This document shows, one piece after another, positions 26,201 through 36,299 of a stretch of DNA of 64,000 bases. Origin of the DNA: Vitreimonas sp. (GTDB lineage: Bacteria; Patescibacteriota; Microgenomatia; UBA1400; PJMF01); assembly GCA_035627515.1 (NCBI GenBank), contig DASPLQ010000012.1, forward strand, positions 906,331-970,330, written 5' to 3'. The notes beneath the pieces were generated by a model. That model saw nothing but the letters and a program-made list of their open reading frames with translations. It made no database searches and was not told where the DNA came from. Made by a program: the position numbers and the translations under genes. Numbering within the stretch: the first letter of the stretch is position 1; each line of letters starts with the position of its first letter.

Positions 26201-29200
26201 GTGCCAAATACTGACCACTTCCAGCGCGTCTACCAGACCCTCAACCCTGAGCAACGCCAGGCTGTTGATACCTTAGATGGACCGGTGATGGTCATAGCGG
26301 GGCCTGGAACAGGCAAAACCCAGGTTTTAGCAGCGCGGATTGCTAACATTCTTCTCAAAACCGATACGAATCCGAGTTCGATTTTGGCACTGACTTTCAC
26401 AGAATCGGCAGCCAAAAATATGCGCCAACGGTTAGTGAGCATGATCGGTAAAACCGGGTACTACGTCCAGATTCATACCTTTCACTCTTTTTGCACTGAC
26501 GTTATCCAAAGTCATCCTGAGTTTTTTAGCATCGATCGTGATAGTCATCCACTTTCTGAGCTAGAACGTTATGATTTGTTGCAAAGTATCATCGATCAAT
26601 TGCCTCTCCAGGCCCTCAAACCTTTAAATACACCCTACTTTTATCTCAGAGACATTGTTAAAACTATTTCTGATCTGAAGCGTGAAGGTTTATCAGTCGC
26701 CGATTTTGCTACCATCGTCGCCAGTGATCAAACGTTATTTGCCGCTCAACAGGAAACTCTTAAAAAAACTGAAAAAGCTCGCTGGGAAAAACAGTTAGCA
26801 AAAAATGTAGAGTTGGTGCAGATTTATGAACGATATCAACAAGGTTTGCGAGACAGTTTGCGATATGACTTTGACGACATGATTGCGTTGGTTGTGGGAG
26901 CGTTCAAAGCGGAAGAATTGTTACTGACTGAGTATCAAGAGCGGTTATTGTACTTTTTAGTTGATGAGTACCAAGATACTAACTCGGCCCAAAACCAAGT
27001 GGTGGATTTATTGGCTTCGTATTGGGAAGAAAGTGCCAATATTTTTGTTGTAGGTGACCCTAATCAAGCTATTTATCGATTTCAAGGTGCGTCTCTGGAA
27101 AATGTGATTGGTTTTACTAAACGTTATCCGGCAGCCCAGGTCATCACTCTCACAGTCGGTTATCGTTCTCCCCAACAGATTTATGATGCAGCAGCCACAT
27201 TGATTACTAACAATCAAACCACTACAGCGGCTAAAACCTTCAATTTAAGTATAGCTTTGCAAAGCGTCCACCACTCTAAAGATACCACCATTAATATCTA
27301 TCGCTCACCTTCGCAAACACTGGAAAGTGTGTACCTGGCATGTGCGATTGAAAAATTAATTAAAAGCGGCGTCAACCCTTCCGAAATCGCGATTTTATAT
27401 CGTAATAATAGTGATGCAGCTGATATTATGACTGCCCTCGATAAATGGCAAGTGAGATATGAGATAGATGGTGGCAATAACGTTTTAGAAGTTGAACCAA
27501 TTTGTCAGTTGCTTGATTTGTTCCGTGTCATTCAGACCGTAATTGCTGGCAATGAAGATGGTTTGACGTACAAAGTAATGAGTTATGAATGGTTAGGTTT
27601 ATCACCATTATTAGTCATGCAGGCGGCGCGGGCGGCCAGTAAAGCTAAGTGTAGTCTGGTGGAAATTATTCAGCAGGGTTTTGAAGTTTTTACTAAATAT
27701 CAATTTGATCAAGAAGTAACGCCACTCGAGTTTGAGGCACTCAAAAACTTTGTGACCCAAGTTTCACAATGGGCGAGCAAAGATGCTCAATTGACCTTGC
27801 CAGCCTGGTTTGAAGTAGTCATTACTGAGAGTGGCTTTTTGAAATGGCTTAATCAACGGCCAGATAAAATTGAGTTACTAAATGCTCTCAACTCGTTGTT
27901 CAGAGAAATTAAAGCCCTCAGCTCGGCGCGACGGGAGTTCAAACTGGCAGATTTCTTAGCCGTGTTAGAAACCTTGGAAGCACACAGCTTGCCGATTACG
28001 ATGGAAGACTTAAATGTGACTGAGAACGCGGTCAGGTTATCTACGGTTCATAAAGCCAAAGGCCAAGAATGGGAACACGTTTTTATTGCCCGGTGCGTGG
28101 ACGGAAAGTGGGGCAATGCGATTAAACGTGAGCTCTTGCCGTTGCCCAGTGGTATTCTCCACAATACAGATTTATCACAAAAAGAACGTAATGAAGATGA
28201 TCGGCGCTTATTTTATGTGGCTATCACTCGCGCCAAAAAAACCCTCACTATTTGTTATCCAGAAACCATCATCATGGAAAACCGTAGCAAAGCGGTGGTC
28301 GGAAGCGTCTTTATCGAAGAAATTAAAGATCACCTCACCGAACTCGATGATGAGCTGTGTGCTTCAGTAGTCAATAAAGCTGATGAGCATTTAGTGCAGT
28401 TACTTTCCCCAGCTCCCTCGCGTGCTACCTCGGTCTCAGAAAAAACCTTTTTTGAGCACCTTGTCAAAGACTGGCGCCTGTCAGTAAGTTCACTCAACAC
28501 GTATCTGCACTCACCGCAAAGTTTTATTGAGAGTTGTTTATTAAAAGTGCCCACGACGAAAGCTCCCGCTTTAGCTTTTGGGACTGCGGCTCACTTTGCT
28601 CTGGAACAGCTCATGAAAGAGTACCAGCAAGATGGTCAGTGGTTATCAGTCGCTAAATTCTTAGAGTATTTTGAGATGAGTTTAGCCAAAGAAGATTTAA
28701 CCACCAGTCAATTTGAAGCACGAAGAGCATATGGTCGTCAGGTACTGACGCGATATTACCAAGAATTAATGATAGAGCCCCCACGGCCGGCGTTTGTAGA
28801 GCGTTTCTTCGGAGTGGGATGGAGCCGGACTGTCTTAGATGATATCGTTTTAACCGGACGGGTAGATCGCATTGACTGGATTGATATGAAAGCTCAAACC
28901 ACCCGGGTGGTAGATTATAAAACCGGCACGCCGCGAACAATGGGTGAGATCGAGGGCAAAACGATATCGGCTGAGTTATCAGCTCGTGAACAGAGTTTAC
29001 CAGAGAGCATCCGTGGACCATACAAGCGCCAGTTGTTGTTTTATAAATTGCTGACTCAGCTTGATAAAACCTTCCAACCAACTGTGACTAGTGGCGTGTT
29101 TGAGTTCCTCGAGCCTGATAAACAAAGTGGCAAGCTGGTGCAGCGTCATTTCGAGTTACCCGATGATGAAGTAGAAGATCTGAAACACATCATTAAAGAA

Positions 29201-29239
29201 GTGATGGCTGAAATTAGAGGTTTGGCATTCCTGAAGTAG
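26201..29239 (+). CDS. UvrD/PcrA-family SF1 helicase fused to a C-terminal PD-(D/E)XK nuclease
   Basis: AGPGTGKT, VDEYQDTN, VGDPNQAIYRFQGA, TVHKAKGQEW, RRLFYVAITRAK; then G..AH, GRVDRID, VVDYKTG, QL.FY. Confidence 0.92.
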   Translation: MPNTDHFQRVYQTLNPEQRQAVDTLDGPVMVIAGPGTGKTQVLAARIANILLKTDTNPSSILALTFTESAAKNMRQRLVSMIGKTGYYVQIHTFHSFCTDVIQSHPEFFSIDRDSHPLSELERYDLLQSIIDQLPLQALKPLNTPYFYLRDIVKTISDLKREGLSVADFATIVASDQTLFAAQQETLKKTEKARWEKQLAKNVELVQIYERYQQGLRDSLRYDFDDMIALVVGAFKAEELLLTEYQERLLYFLVDEYQDTNSAQNQVVDLLASYWEESANIFVVGDPNQAIYRFQGASLENVIGFTKRYPAAQVITLTVGYRSPQQIYDAAATLITNNQTTTAAKTFNLSIALQSVHHSKDTTINIYRSPSQTLESVYLACAIEKLIKSGVNPSEIAILYRNNSDAADIMTALDKWQVRYEIDGGNNVLEVEPICQLLDLFRVIQTVIAGNEDGLTYKVMSYEWLGLSPLLVMQAARAASKAKCSLVEIIQQGFEVFTKYQFDQEVTPLEFEALKNFVTQVSQWASKDAQLTLPAWFEVVITESGFLKWLNQRPDKIELLNALNSLFREIKALSSARREFKLADFLAVLETLEAHSLPITMEDLNVTENAVRLSTVHKAKGQEWEHVFIARCVDGKWGNAIKRELLPLPSGILHNTDLSQKERNEDDRRLFYVAITRAKKTLTICYPETIIMENRSKAVVGSVFIEEIKDHLTELDDELCASVVNKADEHLVQLLSPAPSRATSVSEKTFFEHLVKDWRLSVSSLNTYLHSPQSFIESCLLKVPTTKAPALAFGTAAHFALEQLMKEYQQDGQWLSVAKFLEYFEMSLAKEDLTTSQFEARRAYGRQVLTRYYQELMIEPPRPAFVERFFGVGWSRTVLDDIVLTGRVDRIDWIDMKAQTTRVVDYKTGTPRTMGEIEGKTISAELSAREQSLPESIRGPYKRQLLFYKLLTQLDKTFQPTVTSGVFEFLEPDKQSGKLVQRHFELPDDEVEDLKHIIKEVMAEIRGLAFLK

Positions 29240-29270
29240 CCAATATGGCAGTGAACAATTTTAAGTGCAA

Positions 29271-30719
29271 TTATTTCCAGCTCGGAAGTGCAAAATAAAC
29301 TTGATTAGCCCAGTCAGTGGAGACAGGTATGCCAGTCCAATTGGGATACCAAACCACAAAGTTAAGGGCAATAGCTAGTACCACCAAGGTGCTTAACCAC
29401 GCGCTGCGTTGGTCATCCCAACTCCGAGCCAGTTTCACCAGCCAGTAGCTGAGCAAAATGCACATCAGTGGAACAGCAGGGGTATAGTGATAAAAGAACA
29501 TAATCCGCGGTGAGCGAATCCAGAGAACCCATACTAAACAATACGCCATGAACGTAAACCATAAGGCAATTAACTCCCGGGCAGGCGGGCGGCGAAGTGG
29601 TAAAGCGACGTATAAATATACGAAGTAAAAACCTGTCAAAATAGCCACCACCGCTCCTGACCAAAATAAGGCTGTGTTTCCCTGGGCATAAATATTAGCA
29701 ATCTGGCCACCTTCACTATATTGGACGTGATACCAAACCGGGCGCAAGTTTAAAAACCACTCAAAAGGCCGTGATTGATACCCGTGTGTGGCAGTCAAGT
29801 GAGTCTGATACCACCAAATTTGGCGGTGCAGTTCTTGGAAGTGTGCTAGGTCTTTGCCTTGTAAAAACATATGTGAATAGCTTAAAAAGTATAAGGAGAT
29901 TGGCAAGAAGACTAAGGTTAAGATTACAGCTTTCAGGCCATGAGTTAACTCGCTACTGAGTTGGCGTAGGTGCGTGGTTTTAGTGGCTATGCTTCCGGCA
30001 TAAAACAAACTAGCCAGTCTCCATAGTTCACACAAGCCCACAATCCCTATAGCAAAGACTCCTGACCATTTGCTGCCCATTGCTAAACCGCCTGCCAGAC
30101 CCGTCCACAACAACCTCTTAAAGCTGGGGCTACCCAGTTGCAGATTGGGCGAAGTGTTGAGATGCTTTCGGAACTGCACGTAGGCCAGTAAGGTCAGTAA
30201 GATAAAAAAGGTGACGTGAATATCATTCATGGCAATGCGCGATTGGACTAAAAGTAAGCCATCTAAACTAGCTAACAAGGCCGCCAGTAAACTCAAGACT
30301 TCATCCTCAAACAGTTCTTTGCTTAAGGCATATACAGCATAAATGACCATCACCCCAAACATCACTGAGCTGATCCGCCAACCAAAGGCATTTTCACCAA
30401 AGATGAGCATGGCTAAAGCTTGGGTGTACTTAGCCAGTGGCGGGTGTAGCCAGTCCACAGCGGTGTTAGGTTCCACAGGTGGATTCCACCATTCATAAGC
30501 TCTAGGGTCGTTGCGAGCAATAAGCTTGGCAGTCACTGAGTGATAGACCTCATCAAAAATATAGGTAGCGGGCTGATCTAAGCGGTAAACACGGGTAACA
30601 AAGGCAAAAGCTAAGATAGCAATCAGGATAGTTTGGCGGTATTTATCAACTAACTGTGGTAGCCAACGTACAGAAGGTGGCCAGTGATCATGAGTCGGAA
30701 GACCTGCTTTTTTCGCCAT
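29271..30719 (-). CDS. Protein O-mannosyltransferase (GT39/PMT)
   Basis: IFDEVYH (DE motif), HPPLAK, GWRISS, QSRIAMND, SKWSG, H.YQSRPFEW, FFYHYTP. Confidence 0.85.
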   Translation of the reverse strand: MAKKAGLPTHDHWPPSVRWLPQLVDKYRQTILIAILAFAFVTRVYRLDQPATYIFDEVYHSVTAKLIARNDPRAYEWWNPPVEPNTAVDWLHPPLAKYTQALAMLIFGENAFGWRISSVMFGVMVIYAVYALSKELFEDEVLSLLAALLASLDGLLLVQSRIAMNDIHVTFFILLTLLAYVQFRKHLNTSPNLQLGSPSFKRLLWTGLAGGLAMGSKWSGVFAIGIVGLCELWRLASLFYAGSIATKTTHLRQLSSELTHGLKAVILTLVFLPISLYFLSYSHMFLQGKDLAHFQELHRQIWWYQTHLTATHGYQSRPFEWFLNLRPVWYHVQYSEGGQIANIYAQGNTALFWSGAVVAILTGFYFVYLYVALPLRRPPARELIALWFTFMAYCLVWVLWIRSPRIMFFYHYTPAVPLMCILLSYWLVKLARSWDDQRSAWLSTLVVLAIALNFVVWYPNWTGIPVSTDWANQVYFALPSWK

Positions 30720-30726
30720 ACACTTT

Positions 30727-31677
30727 TTAGCTGAGGAAGTAAATAACTACCATCACAGAAGCGCCAAACATAAACGTAGTCAATAATAAAGGTTTATCAC
30801 TCAATAAGACTCGTTCTGGTGACTCACCTTCATTACTTTCATAGACGAGCTGTAGATATCGCATCACGCCAAAAATCACAAACGGCAATGTCAGCATCAG
30901 TAATTTTTGTGACTGCAAAGTCCGAGGCAAAATGGTGTAGAAGTCGGCTAAGCGCTCATCAGGGCGCACGACTTCATTTTGAAAGGTGAACAGCGCATAG
31001 GTCAGCCAAGTTGCATTGGCGAACATCCCGGTATATTGGTCCAGCAGCCGCTCGCTATAACCTTTGAGGGCTTTACGCGTTTCTCCCAAGACTTTGCCAG
31101 CCATCAACGTCCGTTCACTTTGGCGCTTACCCACAGCTAAGAAGAGTGACGCTGACACCACAGTCAGTAAAAACCAAACGCTCATATGGAGATTGACGAC
31201 GACGGCTCCAGCGTAAATCCGAATTAAAAAGCCGGTTGCGATCGAGACCACATCTAAGATAGGAATATGCTTGGTGACTTTGGCATACAAAACTTGTAAA
31301 CAGAGGTAGGATAAAATCAGCAACCTGAAAAAGCCTGATAACCATAGTGATAAAAAGAACACCATCGTCAAGCCAGCAATCGCAGTGAAGACTGCCACGG
31401 GAATAGGTAACTTTCCTGAGGCAATTGGGCGCTTTTTCTTGAACGGGTGTTTGGCGTCAGCTTCGTAATCAATGATGTCATTAATGATGTAGACGCTGGA
31501 AGTTAAGATACAAAAAATGCCAAAAGCGTACGTCACTGTCACAGCATACGGCAAACCTTCTTGGGGAGTAAAAAAGAAAAACCCGGAAAAAACCAGTGCC
31601 GCGTACAAGGCCAGGTTCTTAATCCATTGGCGAGGACGAGCGGTTCGTAAAATCAAAAAGGGTAATGAATCAAACAT
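30727..31677 (-). CDS. UbiA-family polyprenyl-phosphate phosphoribosyltransferase (DPPR synthase-like)
   Basis: RPRQWIKNL, YIINDIIDYEADAKHPFKKKRPIASG, GFLIR, KRQSE, GESPERVLLSD. Confidence 0.85.
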   Translation of the reverse strand: MFDSLPFLILRTARPRQWIKNLALYAALVFSGFFFFTPQEGLPYAVTVTYAFGIFCILTSSVYIINDIIDYEADAKHPFKKKRPIASGKLPIPVAVFTAIAGLTMVFFLSLWLSGFFRLLILSYLCLQVLYAKVTKHIPILDVVSIATGFLIRIYAGAVVVNLHMSVWFLLTVVSASLFLAVGKRQSERTLMAGKVLGETRKALKGYSERLLDQYTGMFANATWLTYALFTFQNEVVRPDERLADFYTILPRTLQSQKLLMLTLPFVIFGVMRYLQLVYESNEGESPERVLLSDKPLLLTTFMFGASVMVVIYFLS

Positions 31678-31683
31678 TGCGAT

Positions 31684-32736
31684 TTATTTCTGTGACTGGC
31701 GCCATTTGGCCCAAATCAAAAAGCTAAACACCATACTACAAACTACGCCCATTGTAATCACTTTGCCCAGTGTATTCAATTGCAATGATAACAAACCCAT
31801 CAGTAAACTCATCAGCCAATAAAAAATTGCAATTCGGCGGCGACCCCACCCCAGGACATCCATTAACTTATGATGAAGATGGCCACGATCTCCCCACCAA
31901 GGTGATTTGCCAGCAATAACGCGGCGTGTGACAGCAAAGATGGCGTCCGCAGTGGGGACTGCTAAGACCATTAAAGTGGTAGCTACTTTGGCACCTGCCA
32001 CAATCGCTAAGACACTCAAAAAGTAACCCGCTAATGAGCCAGCTCCGTAACCCGGGAGCATTCGTTGAGGATAAAAATTCCAGATCAGTAAACCTGCAAA
32101 GGCGCCCGATACGATAAAAGCGAGCTGAGCGGAACCAAATTGGGTGGGATCATCAATAAAGCGATACGAAAGAATGCCAATGAATAACGCGGCAATACTA
32201 ACAAAGCCTGGCATTTGACCATCAACGCCTTTGGACCAGTTGACGATGTTCATGTTCCAGACAATAAATAAGACAGCAAATAAATCAGCTAAGATCCAAA
32301 TAGTTCGCGTTTTACCAAATAAATCTAAAGCCAGTTGCGGTTGATTGAGATGAATGACGTCCCCACCCAAAGGATTGCCGACGTAGGCAATACCAATGCC
32401 CGCAGCCACTACGCATAAGCTAGCCAGCAAACCTGCCGCTAAGCGATAAAAAGGATGGATGTTGTACAAGTCATCTAAGAAGCCGGTCACCACCAAGATG
32501 GCTGCTCCAAACATGATGCCAATCAAATGTTTGTCGAAAGATAAGAAAAGACAGCTACTAATCAACACCGCTCCAAAAATGACGAGACCACCGCCACGGG
32601 GTACTGCATGCTGATGCAGAACCTTCACATGCCTTTGGTCCTCAGGATTATCTACCCACCCGTGAGCTTTATACCAAGCTATTACGGCAGGGGCAATTAC
32701 GGCGGCAGCTAGTGTGGCTGTCAAAAATGACCACAT
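31684..32736 (-). CDS. WecA/TagO-like polyprenyl-phosphate GlcNAc-1-phosphate transferase (MraY family)
   Basis: PRGGG, GFLDD, N..NWSKGVDG, WNFYP, DRGHLHHKL. Start placed at MWSFL. Confidence 0.85.
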   Translation of the reverse strand: MWSFLTATLAAAVIAPAVIAWYKAHGWVDNPEDQRHVKVLHQHAVPRGGGLVIFGAVLISSCLFLSFDKHLIGIMFGAAILVVTGFLDDLYNIHPFYRLAAGLLASLCVVAAGIGIAYVGNPLGGDVIHLNQPQLALDLFGKTRTIWILADLFAVLFIVWNMNIVNWSKGVDGQMPGFVSIAALFIGILSYRFIDDPTQFGSAQLAFIVSGAFAGLLIWNFYPQRMLPGYGAGSLAGYFLSVLAIVAGAKVATTLMVLAVPTADAIFAVTRRVIAGKSPWWGDRGHLHHKLMDVLGWGRRRIAIFYWLMSLLMGLLSLQLNTLGKVITMGVVCSMVFSFLIWAKWRQSQK

Positions 32737-32741
32737 AGGTA

Positions 32742-33119
32742 TTACCAAACTATTAATACACTGCGGATGACTGCTAGGGTTAGCACCATCTGCAAACCAA
32801 ACGTCGTCCAACTAAACAACCATAAAATTAAGGGATCATAATAGCGAAATTTTTTGAGTAAAAGAATGTGTAGAACAGTCATCATCACTGATAAAACTGG
32901 GAACAAAAACAACCACTCCTTAGGAGCCAGATGTTGGGAGGGTAAGGCTAACGTATAAAATAATGGCACAAGCGGTTGGAGGACGATATAACTGGCGGTG
33001 GTGAATAACGTCAAAAACAAACCCAACACGCCACATAAAGTCATCGGGGTTTTGACCACGGCGGGTAGTGACAGAAAATAAGGCCAATTGTGCCAGCGAG
33101 CAGAAAAACGAGACGCCAT
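32742..33119 (-). CDS. Hypothetical three-TM membrane protein
   Basis: LQPLVPLFYTL...L.P motif; TATAAT 8 nt upstream of the ATG. Confidence 0.65.
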   Translation of the reverse strand: MASRFSARWHNWPYFLSLPAVVKTPMTLCGVLGLFLTLFTTASYIVLQPLVPLFYTLALPSQHLAPKEWLFLFPVLSVMMTVLHILLLKKFRYYDPLILWLFSWTTFGLQMVLTLAVIRSVLIVW

Positions 33120-33135
33120 ACCTATTGATTATACG

Positions 33136-34722
33136 CTAGAGTCGCTTCCAAAGGGTGAAGTGATGGAAGTTTTGATTAGGAATGTAGTTGTCATATACAT
33201 ATTCATAAAATTCAGGGAAAGGATCACTTTCATTTTTCATGATTACCACATATTCAGGCTGATGAGCTTTGAAATCTGCCAATGTTTCCTCATGCACGCC
33301 TAAGTCCTGAATGTGAAATGAAACCGTGAACCGCCCGGTGGGGATTTTTTCACTCAAGGCATACAGCATAGGATTAGTGCCCCAAATAAATAAGTAAGGA
33401 TCTGCTGAGGGTTTGATCATGCTCGCTGCTAGATAGTTATCGCTCATGATGGAGTTAAATTGATCACGATACTCAGCTGGCGAGAGTTGGCCTGTCATTA
33501 CTTTTAGGTAACGTTGGTAGTAGGCTACCGTCGGGTAGGAATAGACGCCGATCACATCCACCATTACCCACAACAGGGCAACCATCACTAGCCCAAGCGA
33601 CAAACTTAAACCATTAGCTACAATCCGTTTCGGCGTAAAGGTGAAGACGTTCTCGACTAATAATCCCATCACTAAAGCAAGGGGGGGAATTATTTGCAAA
33701 AAGTAATGAGGATAGGGGCGATTAGAAAGTAGGGCGGCAAATAAGGCGAGTACCAACCAACTATAACTAAATTGAAAGCTCGGTTTGAGTACTTTAGTCA
33801 GCAGAGTGACGACCATAATTAAACCTGCGGCGAGGAGGAACTTGCCCGGCAAAGTGAAAGCAAAGCTCAATAAAGGGTTGGTAATGCCTAAATCCCAGTT
33901 GCCGGCGTAATGAAAGTTATAGAGCAGTCCAAATTGTAAATAAGCTGCCAGTGAGCCGCGCATAAAGTAATACGCTATGGAGAGTAAGAGGGGCAGAAAA
34001 AAGCCCACACCAAACAGCCCGGTGGCCATCACGATGTGGAGGCCATCTTGATACCGTTCACGGAAGCTTTTCTGGAAATTAAGTGCCGTTTGCCAGAACA
34101 AAAACCAGCCGATGACTGCAAACCCGGCCCAGTCAAATAAGGCGGGGACTTTGGTCATCAACCCTAAACCAAAACTAAAACCCGCCGCGAGTAACCACCA
34201 GCTTTGGGAGGCGCTGACTAATGACTGAGTGCGCAACGGGGTTTGATCGATAAAACTGGTAAATAACTGAGTTTTGCTCAGCCACCAGGCTCCCACCATC
34301 ACAAAGCCCATCACAAATAGCTCGCCATTGGGCAAATTACCTTCAAGCGTGGGGATAGTAGTCATGATTACAAATAAGGCCATAGCAGCATGACGTGCCC
34401 AAGGATGCATCATGAGGCGTTTTACCAGTGACCAAAAGGCAACTGTCGTGACAAGCATCCAGACTGTATTTAAAATGCGAAACCAAAATTGGTGGGGTAC
34501 CATGGCCAAGTAATAAATCAGTGGTGTTTTGTGATCAACAATATCGAGGTACAAACGTTGTCCATGTCGTAGCGCTAAACCGATGGTGAGATAAATCCCT
34601 TCATCCCCGTACCAGTAGGGTTCGCAATAATTGGGAAGACGAAGAATGAGCAGGGTGACGAGCCAGAATACCAGGCCTAAATTACGGCGAACGAAGCCAT
34701 CAAAAGTTTTGAGCAGAGTCAT
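33136..34722 (-). CDS. ArnT/GT39-like GT-C glycosyltransferase
   Basis: EPYWYGDEGIY, DHKTPLIY, NGELF, RPYPHYFLQ, FIWG. Start placed at MTLLK. Confidence 0.8.
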   Translation of the reverse strand: MTLLKTFDGFVRRNLGLVFWLVTLLILRLPNYCEPYWYGDEGIYLTIGLALRHGQRLYLDIVDHKTPLIYYLAMVPHQFWFRILNTVWMLVTTVAFWSLVKRLMMHPWARHAAMALFVIMTTIPTLEGNLPNGELFVMGFVMVGAWWLSKTQLFTSFIDQTPLRTQSLVSASQSWWLLAAGFSFGLGLMTKVPALFDWAGFAVIGWFLFWQTALNFQKSFRERYQDGLHIVMATGLFGVGFFLPLLLSIAYYFMRGSLAAYLQFGLLYNFHYAGNWDLGITNPLLSFAFTLPGKFLLAAGLIMVVTLLTKVLKPSFQFSYSWLVLALFAALLSNRPYPHYFLQIIPPLALVMGLLVENVFTFTPKRIVANGLSLSLGLVMVALLWVMVDVIGVYSYPTVAYYQRYLKVMTGQLSPAEYRDQFNSIMSDNYLAASMIKPSADPYLFIWGTNPMLYALSEKIPTGRFTVSFHIQDLGVHEETLADFKAHQPEYVVIMKNESDPFPEFYEYVYDNYIPNQNFHHFTLWKRL

Positions 34723-34732
34723 AATGTACTCA

Positions 34733-36229
34733 TTATACTTTTTCTGTGACCCGATACTCAATATACTTTCCGAGCATTAAACGAGTATGAGCATCGATGC
34801 CTGGTAATGCCGAGAAGAAAAAACCAATAATCGGTAACAGTAAAAACTCCAGTGGTTGGAGGATGTAGGATAAAACATTGCGTTTATTGGGTCGGGGTGG
34901 CCGGTTAGCCGCATCAATGGCAAAAATCACTACCATCGAGATGAGTGATAAAGTCAACAAAGCTGAGGTGACCTGAGGTAAGGTCTTGCCGAGCACAGTG
35001 CGGCCAAAGTTTTCATTAAGGAGGGGCGGCAACATGGCTGAGACAGTAATGGCAAACCAATTAACCGGCCAAAGGAAGTGATCTTCGATGACTTTGAGGA
35101 CCCGAATGGTTTTATCCCAAAAGGGCACACCTTCGGTCAAAATATATTGGCGGATAATGTAAGCATCATCACTGACTCCCCAAGCCCAGCGCTTGAGTTG
35201 CTCATATTGATTGACCAGCGTATTCCAGGTGCCCGAAGCTTCAGCCGCATCAGCGTAAATGGGCAAGAAAATGGGTTCTACCTCAAAGTTACCTTTTTTG
35301 GCAAAGTATGATTTGAAAAATAACCGATAATCTTCGGGAATGACGTCAGTATCCCAGTACCCAATGTCATCGACGTGTTTGAGCGAAGTAGTGTAGGTGG
35401 AAAAGTTCACTAAGCGATCTTTGCGCATCAGGATATACATTTGGGTGACTGAGAAGACAGCGGCTAGCACGCGCACAGGAGCTGGCACTTTCCAAATATT
35501 ATTGTAGAAAACGATGCCACCTTGCCAAATTTTATTAAACGGTGTCTTGGTTTTGAGGTAATCGAAGGTGATAGCGCTAAAGTAATGATGATGGAAAAGA
35601 GCATCAGCGTCTTCGCTGGAAATGGTGATTTTTTCGATTGGTACGCCAGCTTTATCGACTAAGAACTTTTTAGCTTGTTTAGCTCCCCAGCACGTGTTGG
35701 AAGATTTTCCTTTTACCTCACCGTCAATGTCCGGATGTAAGGTAGTCCAGACATGACCAAAGACTTTTCCATATTTGGCTTTGAGGGCTTCAGCTTTCTC
35801 AAGAGCTGGTTCACCTTCACGCTCTTCGAAGGACACCATCAAGTGCAGGTTTTTAAGCGGGTAGGACTGTTGACTGAGGGCATCGAGGGTTCTTTCTAAC
35901 GTTGCCAAGGGTTCTTTATAGGTAGGAATGACAATAATGTGATGAATTGTGTCCCAACTGTCAGGAAAATTGGCTTTTAGATCTTTAAGCCAATTAAAAA
36001 TACTGGCCGCTTTAATCTTGTAGTGGGCCATGACCGATAAAACTGCTAAAGTAATGGACCGGTATAACCAATAGACCGTAAAGGTGATCACGTAATACGC
36101 TACTGCCGTCGGAAAAACCAACGATCCCCAGAAGGGAAACAAGATCAGCGACCACGAGAAAAACCCAGGCAAAATTTCTAAAGCACGTTGGGTGCGGACC
36201 GGGTGGCGACGAAAGTAGGTTTTAATCAC
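34733..36229 (-). CDS. Membrane-embedded processive GT2 glycosyltransferase
   Basis: IPTYKEP, KGKSSN, EDAD, VIPED, QLKRW (D,D,D,QxxRW) with flanking TMs. GTG start at 36229 chosen because TACAAT lies 7 nt upstream. Confidence 0.85.
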   Translation of the reverse strand: MIKTYFRRHPVRTQRALEILPGFFSWSLILFPFWGSLVFPTAVAYYVITFTVYWLYRSITLAVLSVMAHYKIKAASIFNWLKDLKANFPDSWDTIHHIIVIPTYKEPLATLERTLDALSQQSYPLKNLHLMVSFEEREGEPALEKAEALKAKYGKVFGHVWTTLHPDIDGEVKGKSSNTCWGAKQAKKFLVDKAGVPIEKITISSEDADALFHHHYFSAITFDYLKTKTPFNKIWQGGIVFYNNIWKVPAPVRVLAAVFSVTQMYILMRKDRLVNFSTYTTSLKHVDDIGYWDTDVIPEDYRLFFKSYFAKKGNFEVEPIFLPIYADAAEASGTWNTLVNQYEQLKRWAWGVSDDAYIIRQYILTEGVPFWDKTIRVLKVIEDHFLWPVNWFAITVSAMLPPLLNENFGRTVLGKTLPQVTSALLTLSLISMVVIFAIDAANRPPRPNKRNVLSYILQPLEFLLLPIIGFFFSALPGIDAHTRLMLGKYIEYRVTEKV

Positions 36230-36299
36230 TGAGACTATTGTAATTGGAGGTTGAGAATTAAACAAACTCCAACTATAATACATATTTGATAAGTAAAAT

